Below, in pieces: positions 24,838-32,842 of a stretch of DNA of 32,842 nt; within the stretch, counting starts at the first letter, position 1; every line of letters starts with the position of its first letter. A program made the position numbers and the translations under genes. Source of the DNA: Nitrospirota bacterium (GTDB lineage: Bacteria; Nitrospirota; UBA9217); contig JBGPIG010000001.1 in the NCBI GenBank assembly GCA_041484745.1, positions 1 to 32,842 on the forward strand, written 5' to 3'. The notes under the pieces were generated by a model. That model ran no database searches, was not told the origin of the DNA, and was given only the letters and a program-made list of their open reading frames with translations.

Positions 24838-25650
24838 TCAAATGTACAGCATTCCCTCACAAATCACCGCTGCCTTACCCTCGAGGTAAATAGCGCCGAA
24901 CCCGTCTGCCGAGCGCTCGAAGGAGACACTCAGTTTTTCGCCCCCCCAGGTAAGCACGTCGACCGGCGAGAAAGCCGCGCCGAGCGCTCCGGCGATCAGG
25001 GCAGCGGCAACGGAGCCGGTGCCGCATGCGAGGGTCTCGCCCTCTACCCCGCGCTCATAGGTCCTGATCAGGAGCTTGTGCGGGCCCTGGATCTGGATGA
25101 AGTTCACGTTCGTGCCGGCGGGCTTGAACAGCTCGTGATACCGCGTGGTTCTTCCGATCCGCTCTACGTCCTCGTTTTCAAGATCTTTCGACAGATACAC
25201 GAGGTGCGGTACGCCGGTATTGATGAAGTGGCCCATGCGCAGGCCGCTCTCAAGCGGCACGGCGATGTTCATACGCAGACCGGCGGCGTCTGTAAGCCGG
25301 ACCTTCACCGTGCCATGCTTCACCTGCGCATGGACGATGCCCGCGAGCGTCTCAAAGGCCATGTTCTTCTTCGCGATTTTTTTACTATAGGCGAACTGGG
25401 CAGCGCAGCGTGAGCCGTTGCCGCACATTTCGGCCTCGCTCCCATCAGCATTGAAGAACCGCCACTTGAAGTCCGCCTTTTTGGAGGGCACGATCACGAT
25501 CAAGCCGTCCGCGCCCACAGAGAAGTGACGGCGGCAGACAGTCACCGCCAGGTCCCTCAGGTTCTTCCCTCTCAGGACACCCCGACGGTTGTCGATGAGG
25601 ATGAAGTCGTTCCCACTCCCCTGCATTTTATAGAAAGGGATCTTTTTCAT
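24838..25650 (-). CDS. dapF: diaminopimelate epimerase
   Basis: KMQGSGNDFILID, MCGNGSRC and ETLACGTGSVA (both catalytic Cys regions). Confidence 0.93.
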   Translation of the reverse strand: MKKIPFYKMQGSGNDFILIDNRRGVLRGKNLRDLAVTVCRRHFSVGADGLIVIVPSKKADFKWRFFNADGSEAEMCGNGSRCAAQFAYSKKIAKKNMAFETLAGIVHAQVKHGTVKVRLTDAAGLRMNIAVPLESGLRMGHFINTGVPHLVYLSKDLENEDVERIGRTTRYHELFKPAGTNVNFIQIQGPHKLLIRTYERGVEGETLACGTGSVAAALIAGALGAAFSPVDVLTWGGEKLSVSFERSADGFGAIYLEGKAAVICEGMLYI

Positions 25651-25659
25651 ATAAACACC

Positions 25660-25735
25660 GCATGGTGCATGGAGCGCAGCGCATGGCGAAAAAAACGAAA
25701 CGGCTTGACGCTATGCTCTCTGCGCTTTGCGCTCC
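25660..25735. repeat. family B intergenic repeat (lysA-dapF spacer)
   Basis: AGCGCAGCGCATGGCG (25673-25688) and ACGCTATGCTCTCTGCGCTTTGCGCTCC (25708-25735) can pair as GCGCATGGCG with CGCTATGC and GGAGCGC with GCGCTCC. Confidence 0.55.
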
Positions 25736-25739
25736 GCCG

Positions 25740-27002
25740 TTATCCTTCGAGCCACCGAGGGATCTTCTCTCCTCGTATGAGGTCGTTGTAGGTTTCGCGC
25801 TCACGCACGATGTGATACTCGCTCCCCTTGACCAGGACCTCAGCTACCCGCGGACGGGAATTGTAATTCGACGACATGGAGAACCCGTAGGCCCCGGCCC
25901 CCATCACGGCAAGGAGTTCACCCTTCTTCATCTCGGGCATTTCCCGGTCCCTTGCCAGAAAATCGCCGGACTCGCAGATCGGGCCGACGACGTCGAGGAC
26001 TGTCTTGGCAGCAGAAAGAGGCTCGATCACCGGTCGGATATCGTGATAAGCCTCGTAGAGGCTCGGCCGGATCAGGTCGTTCATACCCGCGTCCACGATG
26101 AGGAACCGTTTTTCTCCACTGTCCTTGTGAAAGAGAACGCTGGTCACGAGGATCCCGGCATTGCCCACAATGGCCCTCCCGGGTTCCATCACGAGCGTGC
26201 ACGCGCAGTCCCTGAGCAACGGCTGGATCGCCTGCGCAATATCTTTCGGGAGCGGCGGGGTCTCGTCTTTGTAGGTGATGCCGAGGCCGCCCCCCATGTT
26301 AATATATTGAATCTCTATGCCGGCGGACTTGAGCTCTTTTACGAACCCCACAAGCTTCACGAGAGCGTCCACGAAGGGCTGGACTTCGGTGATCTGCGAA
26401 CCGATGTGCTGGTGTACGCCGACCACCTGCACGTGGGGAAGGGACTTCGCCGTCTGATAATATTCAAGCGCCCGCTCGATGGGGATGCCGAACTTGTTTT
26501 CCTTGAGACCCGTGGAAATGTATGCATGGGTCTTAGGATCGATGTTCGGGTTCACGCGGAGGGCGATTCGCGCGGTGGTGTGCATATCGCCCGCGGCCTG
26601 GTTGAGCGCGGTGAGCTCCTCACCGGACTCTACGTTGAACATCAGGATGCCGACCTTGAGCGCGTACTCTATCTCGTCCCGACGCTTACCTACTCCGGCG
26701 TAGACGATCTTCTGCGGGTTGATCCCTGCGCGGAGGGCGCGGAACAGCTCGCCGCCCGATACGATGTCCGCACCGGCGCCTTCCCGGCCGAGCAGGCGGA
26801 GCACGGCGGTGTTCGAGTTGGACTTGAGCGCGAAACAGATGAGGTGGGGGACACCCGCGAGTGCTTTGTCGAAGGCCGCGAAGTGGTTCGCGAGCGTATG
26901 GCTGCTGTACAGGTAGAAGGGTGTACCGACCCGCTGGGCCACGGTCTTGACCGGCAGGCCTTCGCAGTATAGTTCTCCGTTCTTGTAGGCGAAATCATGC
27001 AT
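25740..27002 (-). CDS. lysA: diaminopimelate decarboxylase
   Basis: GTPFYLYS, FALKSN (PLP Lys), GGGLGI, EPGRAIVG and CESGD motifs. 420 aa. Confidence 0.94.
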   Translation of the reverse strand: MHDFAYKNGELYCEGLPVKTVAQRVGTPFYLYSSHTLANHFAAFDKALAGVPHLICFALKSNSNTAVLRLLGREGAGADIVSGGELFRALRAGINPQKIVYAGVGKRRDEIEYALKVGILMFNVESGEELTALNQAAGDMHTTARIALRVNPNIDPKTHAYISTGLKENKFGIPIERALEYYQTAKSLPHVQVVGVHQHIGSQITEVQPFVDALVKLVGFVKELKSAGIEIQYINMGGGLGITYKDETPPLPKDIAQAIQPLLRDCACTLVMEPGRAIVGNAGILVTSVLFHKDSGEKRFLIVDAGMNDLIRPSLYEAYHDIRPVIEPLSAAKTVLDVVGPICESGDFLARDREMPEMKKGELLAVMGAGAYGFSMSSNYNSRPRVAEVLVKGSEYHIVRERETYNDLIRGEKIPRWLEG

Positions 27003-27113
27003 AATGCACTCTCGTCCAAGTCGAACTTGGAAATTGAAACGGGGATAGTGTAAATTGCATTCCCAGGGTCCTCGCGAGCCCAGGACCGGTCCCCCTGGCG
27101 CCGTTGTTTCTCA

Positions 27114-28181
27114 TTACCTCAGTTTCTCAACGGATGCCTGCTTTTCCTCAGACCAGTCACTTTCATTCCCGGCTTTGTCCACGGCCGTGACCCGGTAGTA
27201 ATAGGTTGCGCCGCTCTTCACCGTCTCATCGGAGAAGGTGGTGCGGGTGAGAAGTTTGTCCGTGAGCAGCCTATAGTCCCCACCGCTCCTGGTTGAGCGG
27301 TACACGTGGTATCCCGCGAGGTCCTGTTCCTTGTTCTCATTCCAGAGGAGGAACGTCCTGGCCAGGCCCGGCACGACGGTGAGCCCCGTCGGCCTGGCCG
27401 GAGGCGTGAGGTCCCGGGGAGCGGCGGATGACTCATCCGAGTCGAGGCTCTCTTTCCCGGGGAGCGCCGGGCTGTCAACGGCACGTATCATATAATAATA
27501 CGTTCTATCGTTCACGACCGCGGTGTCTTTATACGAATTCGTCCTGAGCGGCTCTTTGTTCAGGGGCGTTTCATCGTACCGGCCTTTTTCGGCTCCGCGG
27601 TATACATTGTATCCTACGAAGCCGTCGTACTGGCTGCCGTCCATGCGCGTGGTGACCGGTTCCCAGGTGACCTGGTTGAAGCCGTCGCCACCCCGCGCAG
27701 CGGGCCCCTTGGGGACCGCGAGCGACAACGACGGCGCAACGCGCACCTCATCGGACCATGTACTTATCCCGCCCCGCACGCTGAGTGCGCGGACCCGGTA
27801 CCCGTACACGATCCCGTATTTCAGGTGACTATCGCTCCAGAAGACGCTACCGTCCCGCACCGATGCAGGCGAGGGGCTTGCCATATCGATCTCGCTGTAA
27901 AGCCTGTACCGGACCTTCTTCTGGTCGCGACCGAACTCGCCCCGGTAAATGCGGAACCGCCGAATGTCGGCGGGGCCCATGCTCTTTCCCTCGATGTTTC
28001 GCGTTGGTATGGGCCAGGACAGGACGGCGATAGTGTCCCTGGTCACGGCCTTGATATCCTTGACCGCTTCGGGCCTTGGACTGTCGGGCACCAGCGGCGA
28101 CGACTTCCTTCCGCAGGCGCCGGTGGCCGTCAGTACAAGCACCAGGCACGCAGCAACGAACCGCCGAGAACGGGTATTCAT
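27114..28181 (-). CDS. lipoprotein with three fibronectin type III-like modules
   Basis: Lipobox LTATGAC. Three modules each carry Y.(I/V)YR ... YYY.(I/V).A(V/L)D-type strands (FRIYRGE...YGYRVRAL; YNVYRGA...YYYMIRAVD; YHVYRST...YYYRVTAVDKAGNES). The ATG overlaps the argH stop (ATGA at 28178-28181). Confidence 0.8.
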   Translation of the reverse strand: MNTRSRRFVAACLVLVLTATGACGRKSSPLVPDSPRPEAVKDIKAVTRDTIAVLSWPIPTRNIEGKSMGPADIRRFRIYRGEFGRDQKKVRYRLYSEIDMASPSPASVRDGSVFWSDSHLKYGIVYGYRVRALSVRGGISTWSDEVRVAPSLSLAVPKGPAARGGDGFNQVTWEPVTTRMDGSQYDGFVGYNVYRGAEKGRYDETPLNKEPLRTNSYKDTAVVNDRTYYYMIRAVDSPALPGKESLDSDESSAAPRDLTPPARPTGLTVVPGLARTFLLWNENKEQDLAGYHVYRSTRSGGDYRLLTDKLLTRTTFSDETVKSGATYYYRVTAVDKAGNESDWSEEKQASVEKLR

Positions 28182-29605
28182 CGCATCTTGTGCTTGAGCT
28201 TCTGGAGGCGCTTTTTCAAATTCGCCGGGGCCGTTCCCCCGTAAGAGGTACGCCTGCCCACGGACGCTTCGAGGGACAGTGAATCGTACACATCCTCACG
28301 GATCAGCGGCGAAAGTTTCCGGTATTCTCCGAGCGGCATGGTCCCGAGGCCGCACTCGAGATCCGTCGCGCGCAGCACCGCTTTGCCCACGACCTCGTGA
28401 GCCCGGCGGAAGGGCATGCCTTTCCGGACCAGATAGTCAGCAAGGTCCGTGGCCGTGATGAACCCGTCCTCCGCAGCCATCCTCATTGCGTCCCCGTGCA
28501 CCGTGATGCTCGTGAGCATATTGCTGACAACCGAGAGGGTGAGCGAGACCGTGTCCGCGGCGTCGAAGACAGGCTCCTTGTCCTCTTGCATATCGCGATT
28601 GTACGCGAGCGGCAGTCCTTTCATGATCGTGAGGAGCGTCAAGAGGCTGCCGTATACCCTGCCGGTCTTGCCGCGCGTGAGCTCTACTACATCGGGGTTC
28701 TTCTTCTGCGGCATGATCGACGAGCCCGTCGTGAAGGAATCGGCGATTGTGATGAACCCGAACTCGGAAGTCGACCAGATGACGAACTCTTCGGAGAGGC
28801 GCGAGAGGTGCATCATGATCTGTGCGCAGGCCGCCGTGAACTCGATGGCGAAATCGCGGTCGGAGACCGCGTCAATACTGTTCTCGCACACGTTCCGGAA
28901 GCCGAGCAGCTTCGCGACAAGCTTCCGATCGATCGGAAGAACGGTGCCCGCGAGTGCGCCGGCGCCGAGCGGCATGACATCCACCCGGCGGAAGCAGTCT
29001 TCAAGACGGCCGCGGTCGCGGGCGAACATCTCGTAATACGCGAGCAGATGGTGGCCGAAGAGAACGGGCTGGGCGCGCTGGAGGTGCGTGTACCCCGGCA
29101 TCACGACCTCTTGATATTGGTCCGCAAGATTCACGATGACCTTCTGAAGCGAGTCGAGGAGATCGTGGATTCCGGCGATTTCCTCGCGCAGGTACATGCG
29201 GAGGTCGAGCGCTACCTGGTCGTTTCTGCTCCGCGCCGTATGGAGCTTTCCGCCTACGGGGCCGATCTTCTGGATCAGCCGGTTCTCGATGTTCATGTGG
29301 ATGTCTTCGAGCTCCACGCTGAACTCGAAGTCGCCCCTCACGATTTCCCTCAAGATATCTTCAAGCCCGCGGATGATCTTGCGCGACTCCGTCCCGGTAA
29401 TAATGCCGGTCTTTCCGAGCATAGTCGCGTGCGCGATGCTGCCGGCGATATCGTACGGATAGAGCCGCCAGTCATAGGGAATCGAGGCGGTGAACTCCTC
29501 CACGAGCGCGTTCGTCGCATCGGTAAACCGGCCGCCCCAGGGTTTTGTCTTCTTCACGGACGTCTTTGATTTGGCTTTTTTAATAGTCTTTGTTTTCATT
29601 GCCAT
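28178..29605 (-). CDS. argH: argininosuccinate lyase
   Basis: WGGRF, TARSRNDQV, GYTHLQRAQP and the signature GSSIMPQKKNPD. Confidence 0.95.
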   Translation of the reverse strand: MAMKTKTIKKAKSKTSVKKTKPWGGRFTDATNALVEEFTASIPYDWRLYPYDIAGSIAHATMLGKTGIITGTESRKIIRGLEDILREIVRGDFEFSVELEDIHMNIENRLIQKIGPVGGKLHTARSRNDQVALDLRMYLREEIAGIHDLLDSLQKVIVNLADQYQEVVMPGYTHLQRAQPVLFGHHLLAYYEMFARDRGRLEDCFRRVDVMPLGAGALAGTVLPIDRKLVAKLLGFRNVCENSIDAVSDRDFAIEFTAACAQIMMHLSRLSEEFVIWSTSEFGFITIADSFTTGSSIMPQKKNPDVVELTRGKTGRVYGSLLTLLTIMKGLPLAYNRDMQEDKEPVFDAADTVSLTLSVVSNMLTSITVHGDAMRMAAEDGFITATDLADYLVRKGMPFRRAHEVVGKAVLRATDLECGLGTMPLGEYRKLSPLIREDVYDSLSLEASVGRRTSYGGTAPANLKKRLQKLKHKMR

Positions 29606-29614
29606 GTCTATTTA

Positions 29615-29708
29615 CCGAAATTCCAAAACACCAGCGCCGAATCTCAAATAAGCTCCAAATATTCAATCTTAAAAAAAGTTGGATTTTGGTTATTGGATTT
29701 TGTTTAGG
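29615..29708. repeat. family A intergenic repeat (argG-argH spacer)
   Basis: CGAATCTCAAATAAGCTCC (29638-29656) matches 24751-24769 at 16 of 19 positions. TTATTGGATTTTGTTT (29690-29705) matches 24795-24810 at 14 of 16. TTGGATTTT units lie at 29679 and 29693 (14-nt phase). Confidence 0.6.
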
Positions 29709-29713
29709 ACTCG

Positions 29714-30919
29714 TTATTTGGTGCTTGCCTTGGCCCCTATCCTGAGCCTGAGAGCGTTCAGTCGGATGAAACCTTCAGCGTCCTTCTGATCGTACACCGT
29801 ATCAGCCTCAAAGGTCGCGAGTTCGGGATTATAGAGGGAGACCGGCGATTTTCTTCCAACGGTGTCGCAGTTTCCCTTATATAACTTAAGCCGTGCAGAA
29901 CCGGTCACATTTTTCTGGGCCTCGTCGATCGCGGCCTGGAGCATGGTGCGCTCGGGCGAGAACCAGTACCCGTAGTAGACGAGCTCGGCATATCGCGGGA
30001 CCAGGCTGTCCCGTAAGTGCATTGCCTCGCGGTCCATGGTGATAGACTCCACGGCCCGGTGCGCGGCGTGCAGGAGCGTGCCTCCCGGGGTCTCATACAC
30101 GCCTCGGGACTTCATGCCCACGTAGCGGTTTTCCACAAGATCCACGCGGCCCACGCCGTGCGCTCCGGCGATACGGTTCGCTTCAGCCAGGAGCGCGGCA
30201 GGGGACAGCTTCATTCCGTTGATGGCCACGGGGTTTCCAACCTCGTATGCCACCTCGATATACTCCGGTTGGTCAGGCGCCTTTTCCACCGGCACGGCCA
30301 TCGTGTACATGTCGCGTGTGGACTCCATCCAGGGGTCTTCCAGTACGCCGCCTTCGTAGCTGATGTGCAGCAGGTTCCGGTCCGTGGAGAAGGGTTTGGA
30401 CTTGGTGGCGGTCACCGGGATCGCGTGCTTGTTCGCATAGGCGATCAGCTCCTCGCGGCCCTTCATGGCCCACTCGCGCCAGGGGGCGACGATTGTTACG
30501 TCCGGCTTGAGCGCGAAATAGGTGAGCTCGAACCGTACCTGATCATTCCCCTTGCCTGTGGCGCCGTGGCAGACCGCGTCCGCATGCTCCGACTCGGCGA
30601 TCTCGATCTGGCGCTTGGCAATGAGCGGTCGCGCGATGGACGTCCCGAGGAGATACCGGCCTTCGTACACTGCGTTCGCCCGGAGCATGGGAAACACGAA
30701 GTCCCTTACGAATTCTTCGCGCAGGTCATCGATGTAGATCTTGCTCGCCCCGGTCTTGATCGCCTTGTCCCTGAGCGGCTCGAGCTCCTCGCCCTGGCCG
30801 ATGTCGGCGGTAAAGGCGATCACTTCGCAGCCGTAGGTCTCCTTGAGCCAGGTGATGATGACCGATGTGTCCAGACCGCCGGAGTACGCCACGACGATTT
30901 TTTTTATGGTCTGCTTCAT
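29714..30919 (-). CDS. argG: argininosuccinate synthase
   Basis: [23 protein letters not shown] and the SxDxNLxHxSxEG-type motif ([14 protein letters not shown]). Confidence 0.95.
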   Translation of the reverse strand: MKQTIKKIVVAYSGGLDTSVIITWLKETYGCEVIAFTADIGQGEELEPLRDKAIKTGASKIYIDDLREEFVRDFVFPMLRANAVYEGRYLLGTSIARPLIAKRQIEIAESEHADAVCHGATGKGNDQVRFELTYFALKPDVTIVAPWREWAMKGREELIAYANKHAIPVTATKSKPFSTDRNLLHISYEGGVLEDPWMESTRDMYTMAVPVEKAPDQPEYIEVAYEVGNPVAINGMKLSPAALLAEANRIAGAHGVGRVDLVENRYVGMKSRGVYETPGGTLLHAAHRAVESITMDREAMHLRDSLVPRYAELVYYGYWFSPERTMLQAAIDEAQKNVTGSARLKLYKGNCDTVGRKSPVSLYNPELATFEADTVYDQKDAEGFIRLNALRLRIGAKASTK

Positions 30920-30939
30920 CTAAGGAAGGGAAAGTCCTC

Positions 30940-31050
30940 TCGGAAATCCAAAGTTCAAAATCCAAATGTCAAATCAAACTCAAATGACAAAGAATGGAAA
31001 TTTGCGCTTTCCCGGTTCATTTGAACTTTGAGCGTTGCTCCTTGAACTTG
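30940..31050. repeat. family A intergenic repeat (PPIase-argG spacer)
   Basis: AAATCCAAA at 30943 and 30957 (14-nt phase). CCAAAGTTCAAA (30947-30958) is nearly complementary (11 of 12) to TTTGAACTTTGA (about 31019-31030). CCTTGAACTTGG lies at 31039-31050. Confidence 0.55.
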
Positions 31051-31053
31051 GTT

Positions 31054-31665
31054 TTACTTCGGCTCCACGATCTTCACCTTCATCGTGATCCGCTCGTTCG
31101 GGTTATCATTCGGGTCCCGTGGCTGGGACACGATCTTGTCCACAACCTCTATGCCGCTCTCCACCTCACCGAAGACGGTGTACTGCTTGTCAAGGAAGGA
31201 CGAGTCCTTTACGCAGATGAAGAATTGCGAACCAGCGCTATCAGGATGGCCCGCCCTGGCCATGGAGAGCGTGCCGCGTTTATGGGGTTTGTCGTTGAAC
31301 TCGGCCTTGATGGTGTATCCGGGGCCGCCCTGGCCGTGCTTGCTCTTGTTGGGGTCCTTCGAGTTCGGGTCACCTCCCTGGATCATGAAGCCGGGGATCA
31401 CCCGGTGGAAGATTGTCCCGTCATAGAAGCCCTTTTTGGCAAGATCGATGAAATTTTTCACGTGCCCGGGGGCGACATCCGGGAAAAACTTCAACGTGAT
31501 ATCGCCGAACTTTGTTTCAATGATAGCTTTTGTCTCTGACATTTTATTAATCTCCCCTTTTTTTACCACGATGGTTTTCGGCGCCGGCATGCCTTGCTGT
31601 GCATGGGCGGCAACACTCATGCAAATACCAATAAATACAGCAAAAAATAAACGGAATGTTCCCAT
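31054..31665 (-). CDS. secreted cyclophilin-type peptidyl-prolyl cis-trans isomerase
   Basis: FHRVIPGFMIQGGDP, SMARAG.PDSAGSQFFI and VFGEV. Signal peptide MGTFRLFFAVFIGICMSVAAHA. SD AGGAGGAG. Confidence 0.93.
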   Translation of the reverse strand: MGTFRLFFAVFIGICMSVAAHAQQGMPAPKTIVVKKGEINKMSETKAIIETKFGDITLKFFPDVAPGHVKNFIDLAKKGFYDGTIFHRVIPGFMIQGGDPNSKDPNKSKHGQGGPGYTIKAEFNDKPHKRGTLSMARAGHPDSAGSQFFICVKDSSFLDKQYTVFGEVESGIEVVDKIVSQPRDPNDNPNERITMKVKIVEPK

Positions 31666-31780
31666 GCTAAGCTCTCCTCCTGCGAAAACGGGATGATGGT
31701 GCCGAGAAACGGCTGAAGATGTACTGTTTTACCAGAAACCCTCGTGGATGTCAAACAAAACAAGAGTCCCGGGAAGTGCA

Positions 31781-31810
31781 TTGACGAAGCAGGGACAGTG
31801 CTGGTATACT
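31781..31810 (+). promoter_or_regulatory. candidate sigma70 promoter TTGACG-N18-TATACT
   Basis: TTGACG at 31781-31786 and TATACT at 31805-31810, about 33 nt upstream of the PilZ ATG at 31843. Confidence 0.4.
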
Positions 31811-31842
31811 GATACTATTCGTGGGTGGAGAAGAGGTGTCTG

Positions 31843-32235
31843 ATGACGGGCCAGACGGGTGAAAAAAGAGGGTTTATCAGGATCCCGTTCAATACCAAGG
31901 TGGAGGTGCGGGCGCAAGGACGGACAATCCGATCGCTCGAGGGAATCAATCTCAGCATGAGCGGGATCCGGCTGACCACGGGCGATGCGGTCCCGGTCGC
32001 TGAAACCCCTTGTCAGGTCAAGATCACCCTGTCGGCGTCAGAGGACCGCTTGCTCATCGAGGCAAACGGAAAGGTGATCCGGTCGGAGCCCGGCAGCCTG
32101 GCGGTCGAATTCATGGAGCTTGATCTGGACAGCTACCATCATCTTCGGCAGATCATCCTGAACAATGCGGACGACCCGGAAAAGGCGGAGAAGGAGTTCA
32201 TGGCCCACTGGGGGATCAGGGAGACGCGTTGTTAA
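31843..32235 (+). CDS. stand-alone PilZ domain protein
   Basis: RGFIR (RxxxR) and NLSMSG (NxSxxG). ATG at 31843 is preceded by AGAGG. The track start at 31825 is a GTG 6 codons upstream. Confidence 0.82.
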   Translation: MTGQTGEKRGFIRIPFNTKVEVRAQGRTIRSLEGINLSMSGIRLTTGDAVPVAETPCQVKITLSASEDRLLIEANGKVIRSEPGSLAVEFMELDLDSYHHLRQIILNNADDPEKAEKEFMAHWGIRETRC

Positions 32236-32390
32236 CGACGGCACGGAGCGGATTCGCCTGCCTTTTTCCCGGCTGGCGACGCTTGCCGGACATGCCGGAG
32301 AAAGGCGCCTTTCCTTTTCAATTATTTTCTGATACTATGCTCATGAACGATTCGGCAACGTAACTTCAAACAACGAGAAAGGAGATTTAT

Positions 32391-32816
32391 ATGGTGCAGA
32401 AGGCAAGCAGCAAACTGACGGATATGCTGAACCGGGCAATCGCCCGCGAGATCCAGGTGAGCGTGCAGTACATGTGGCAGCATGTGATGGCAAAGGGGCT
32501 GGAGTCGGCTGAGATCGCCGATGTTTTTGAGGAGGTGGCGATCGCGGAGATGAAGCACGCCGAGAAGATCGCGGAGCGTATCTTCTACTTCGACATCACC
32601 CCCACGACAAAGCCCGACCCCATTAAGGTCGGCGGCACGCTCAAAGAGATGCTGGAGTATGACGCAAAGGCCGAGGAAGAGGCGATCGACCTCTATAAAG
32701 AGATCATCAAGCAGGCCGCATCAGAGGGTGATTCCACGACACGACTGCTCTTCGAGCAGATCCTTGCGGACGAGGAAGACCATCACGATACGTTCACGAC
32801 CCTTCTCGGAAAGTAG
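32391..32816 (+). CDS. bacterioferritin-like (ferritin-like di-iron) protein
   Basis: It aligns by eye with Bfr: QYMWQH..., IAEMKHAEKI (ExxH plus Met at the Bfr heme-ligand position) and ADEEDHHDTF (second ExxH). SD AAAGGAG. Confidence 0.82.
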   Translation: MVQKASSKLTDMLNRAIAREIQVSVQYMWQHVMAKGLESAEIADVFEEVAIAEMKHAEKIAERIFYFDITPTTKPDPIKVGGTLKEMLEYDAKAEEEAIDLYKEIIKQAASEGDSTTRLLFEQILADEEDHHDTFTTLLGK

Positions 32817-32842
32817 TTTTATTATTACCTTATCGGCGCCCG

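Noticed and set aside
25662-26972. Long antisense ORFs: 436 aa opposite lysA, 390 aa at 28397-29569 opposite argH, 401 aa at 22029-23234, 335 aa at 30017-31024, 311 aa at 164-1099, 232 aa at 7050-7748, and 174 aa at 18591-19115 despite an AAGGAGA upstream.
   Set aside because: Each lies opposite a gene with unmistakable family motifs. Their translations are Arg/Gly/His/Asp-rich low-complexity strings, typical of shadow frames in GC-rich DNA. None shows a recognisable domain.
29655-29670. TGAATATTT / AAATATTCA in the argG-argH spacer, and TGAAATATTGATTATTGA at about 24784-24801, were considered as ARG boxes (ArgR operators).
   Set aside because: They only partly match one half-site of the 18-bp ARG box, and there is no tandem pair with the expected 2-3-bp spacing. 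The resemblance is explained by the AT-rich family A repeat.

Overview
This is a 32.8-kb chromosomal window of moderate to high GC. Gene content and synteny resemble an anaerobic Desulfobacterota (Deltaproteobacteria) or Nitrospirota organism, but that taxonomic guess is inference only. I see no rRNA, tRNA, CRISPR array, transposase or phage genes.

The left third (1-12.5 kb) is signalling-rich. It holds a translationally coupled PhnD-like binding protein, a HAMP/PAS histidine kinase and a sigma54 (NtrC-type) response regulator, behind a perfect consensus sigma70 promoter. It also holds several PilZ and REC-PilZ genes and a small-protein/HDOD/REC-GGDEF operon.

From about 10.3 to 31.7 kb, 23 to 24 consecutive genes lie on the minus strand. 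In transcription order (31.7 kb down to 10.3 kb) they are:
- a cyclophilin;
- a Geobacter-like arginine/lysine block: argG, argH, Fn3 lipoprotein, lysA, dapF, dapA, dapB, DsbC-like, FAH-family, dapL;
- folK and a deoxynucleoside kinase;
- two orphan peptide-ABC permeases;
- a pseudo-receiver-PilZ gene;
- rsmA, gmhA and a deoxyhypusine-synthase-like gene;
- the c-di-GMP operon.

A PilZ gene and a bacterioferritin-like gene follow on the plus strand.

Observations I rank highest:
1. Five PilZ-domain genes, three of them fused to receivers of decreasing integrity, plus a GGDDF cyclase/HDOD operon.
2. An unannotated 46-aa ORF with a strong SD, made of RR-x3-DRR repeats.
3. Three families of long imperfect palindromic repeats that fill nearly every intergenic spacer of the arg/lys cluster. 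One family has a strict 14-nt phasing.
4. CxxCH motifs in the periplasmic part of the kinase and of the DsbC-like protein.
5. An alternative-pairing RNA structure in the folK-dNK spacer.

All calls rest on reading the sequence and on remembered family motifs. No searches were run.
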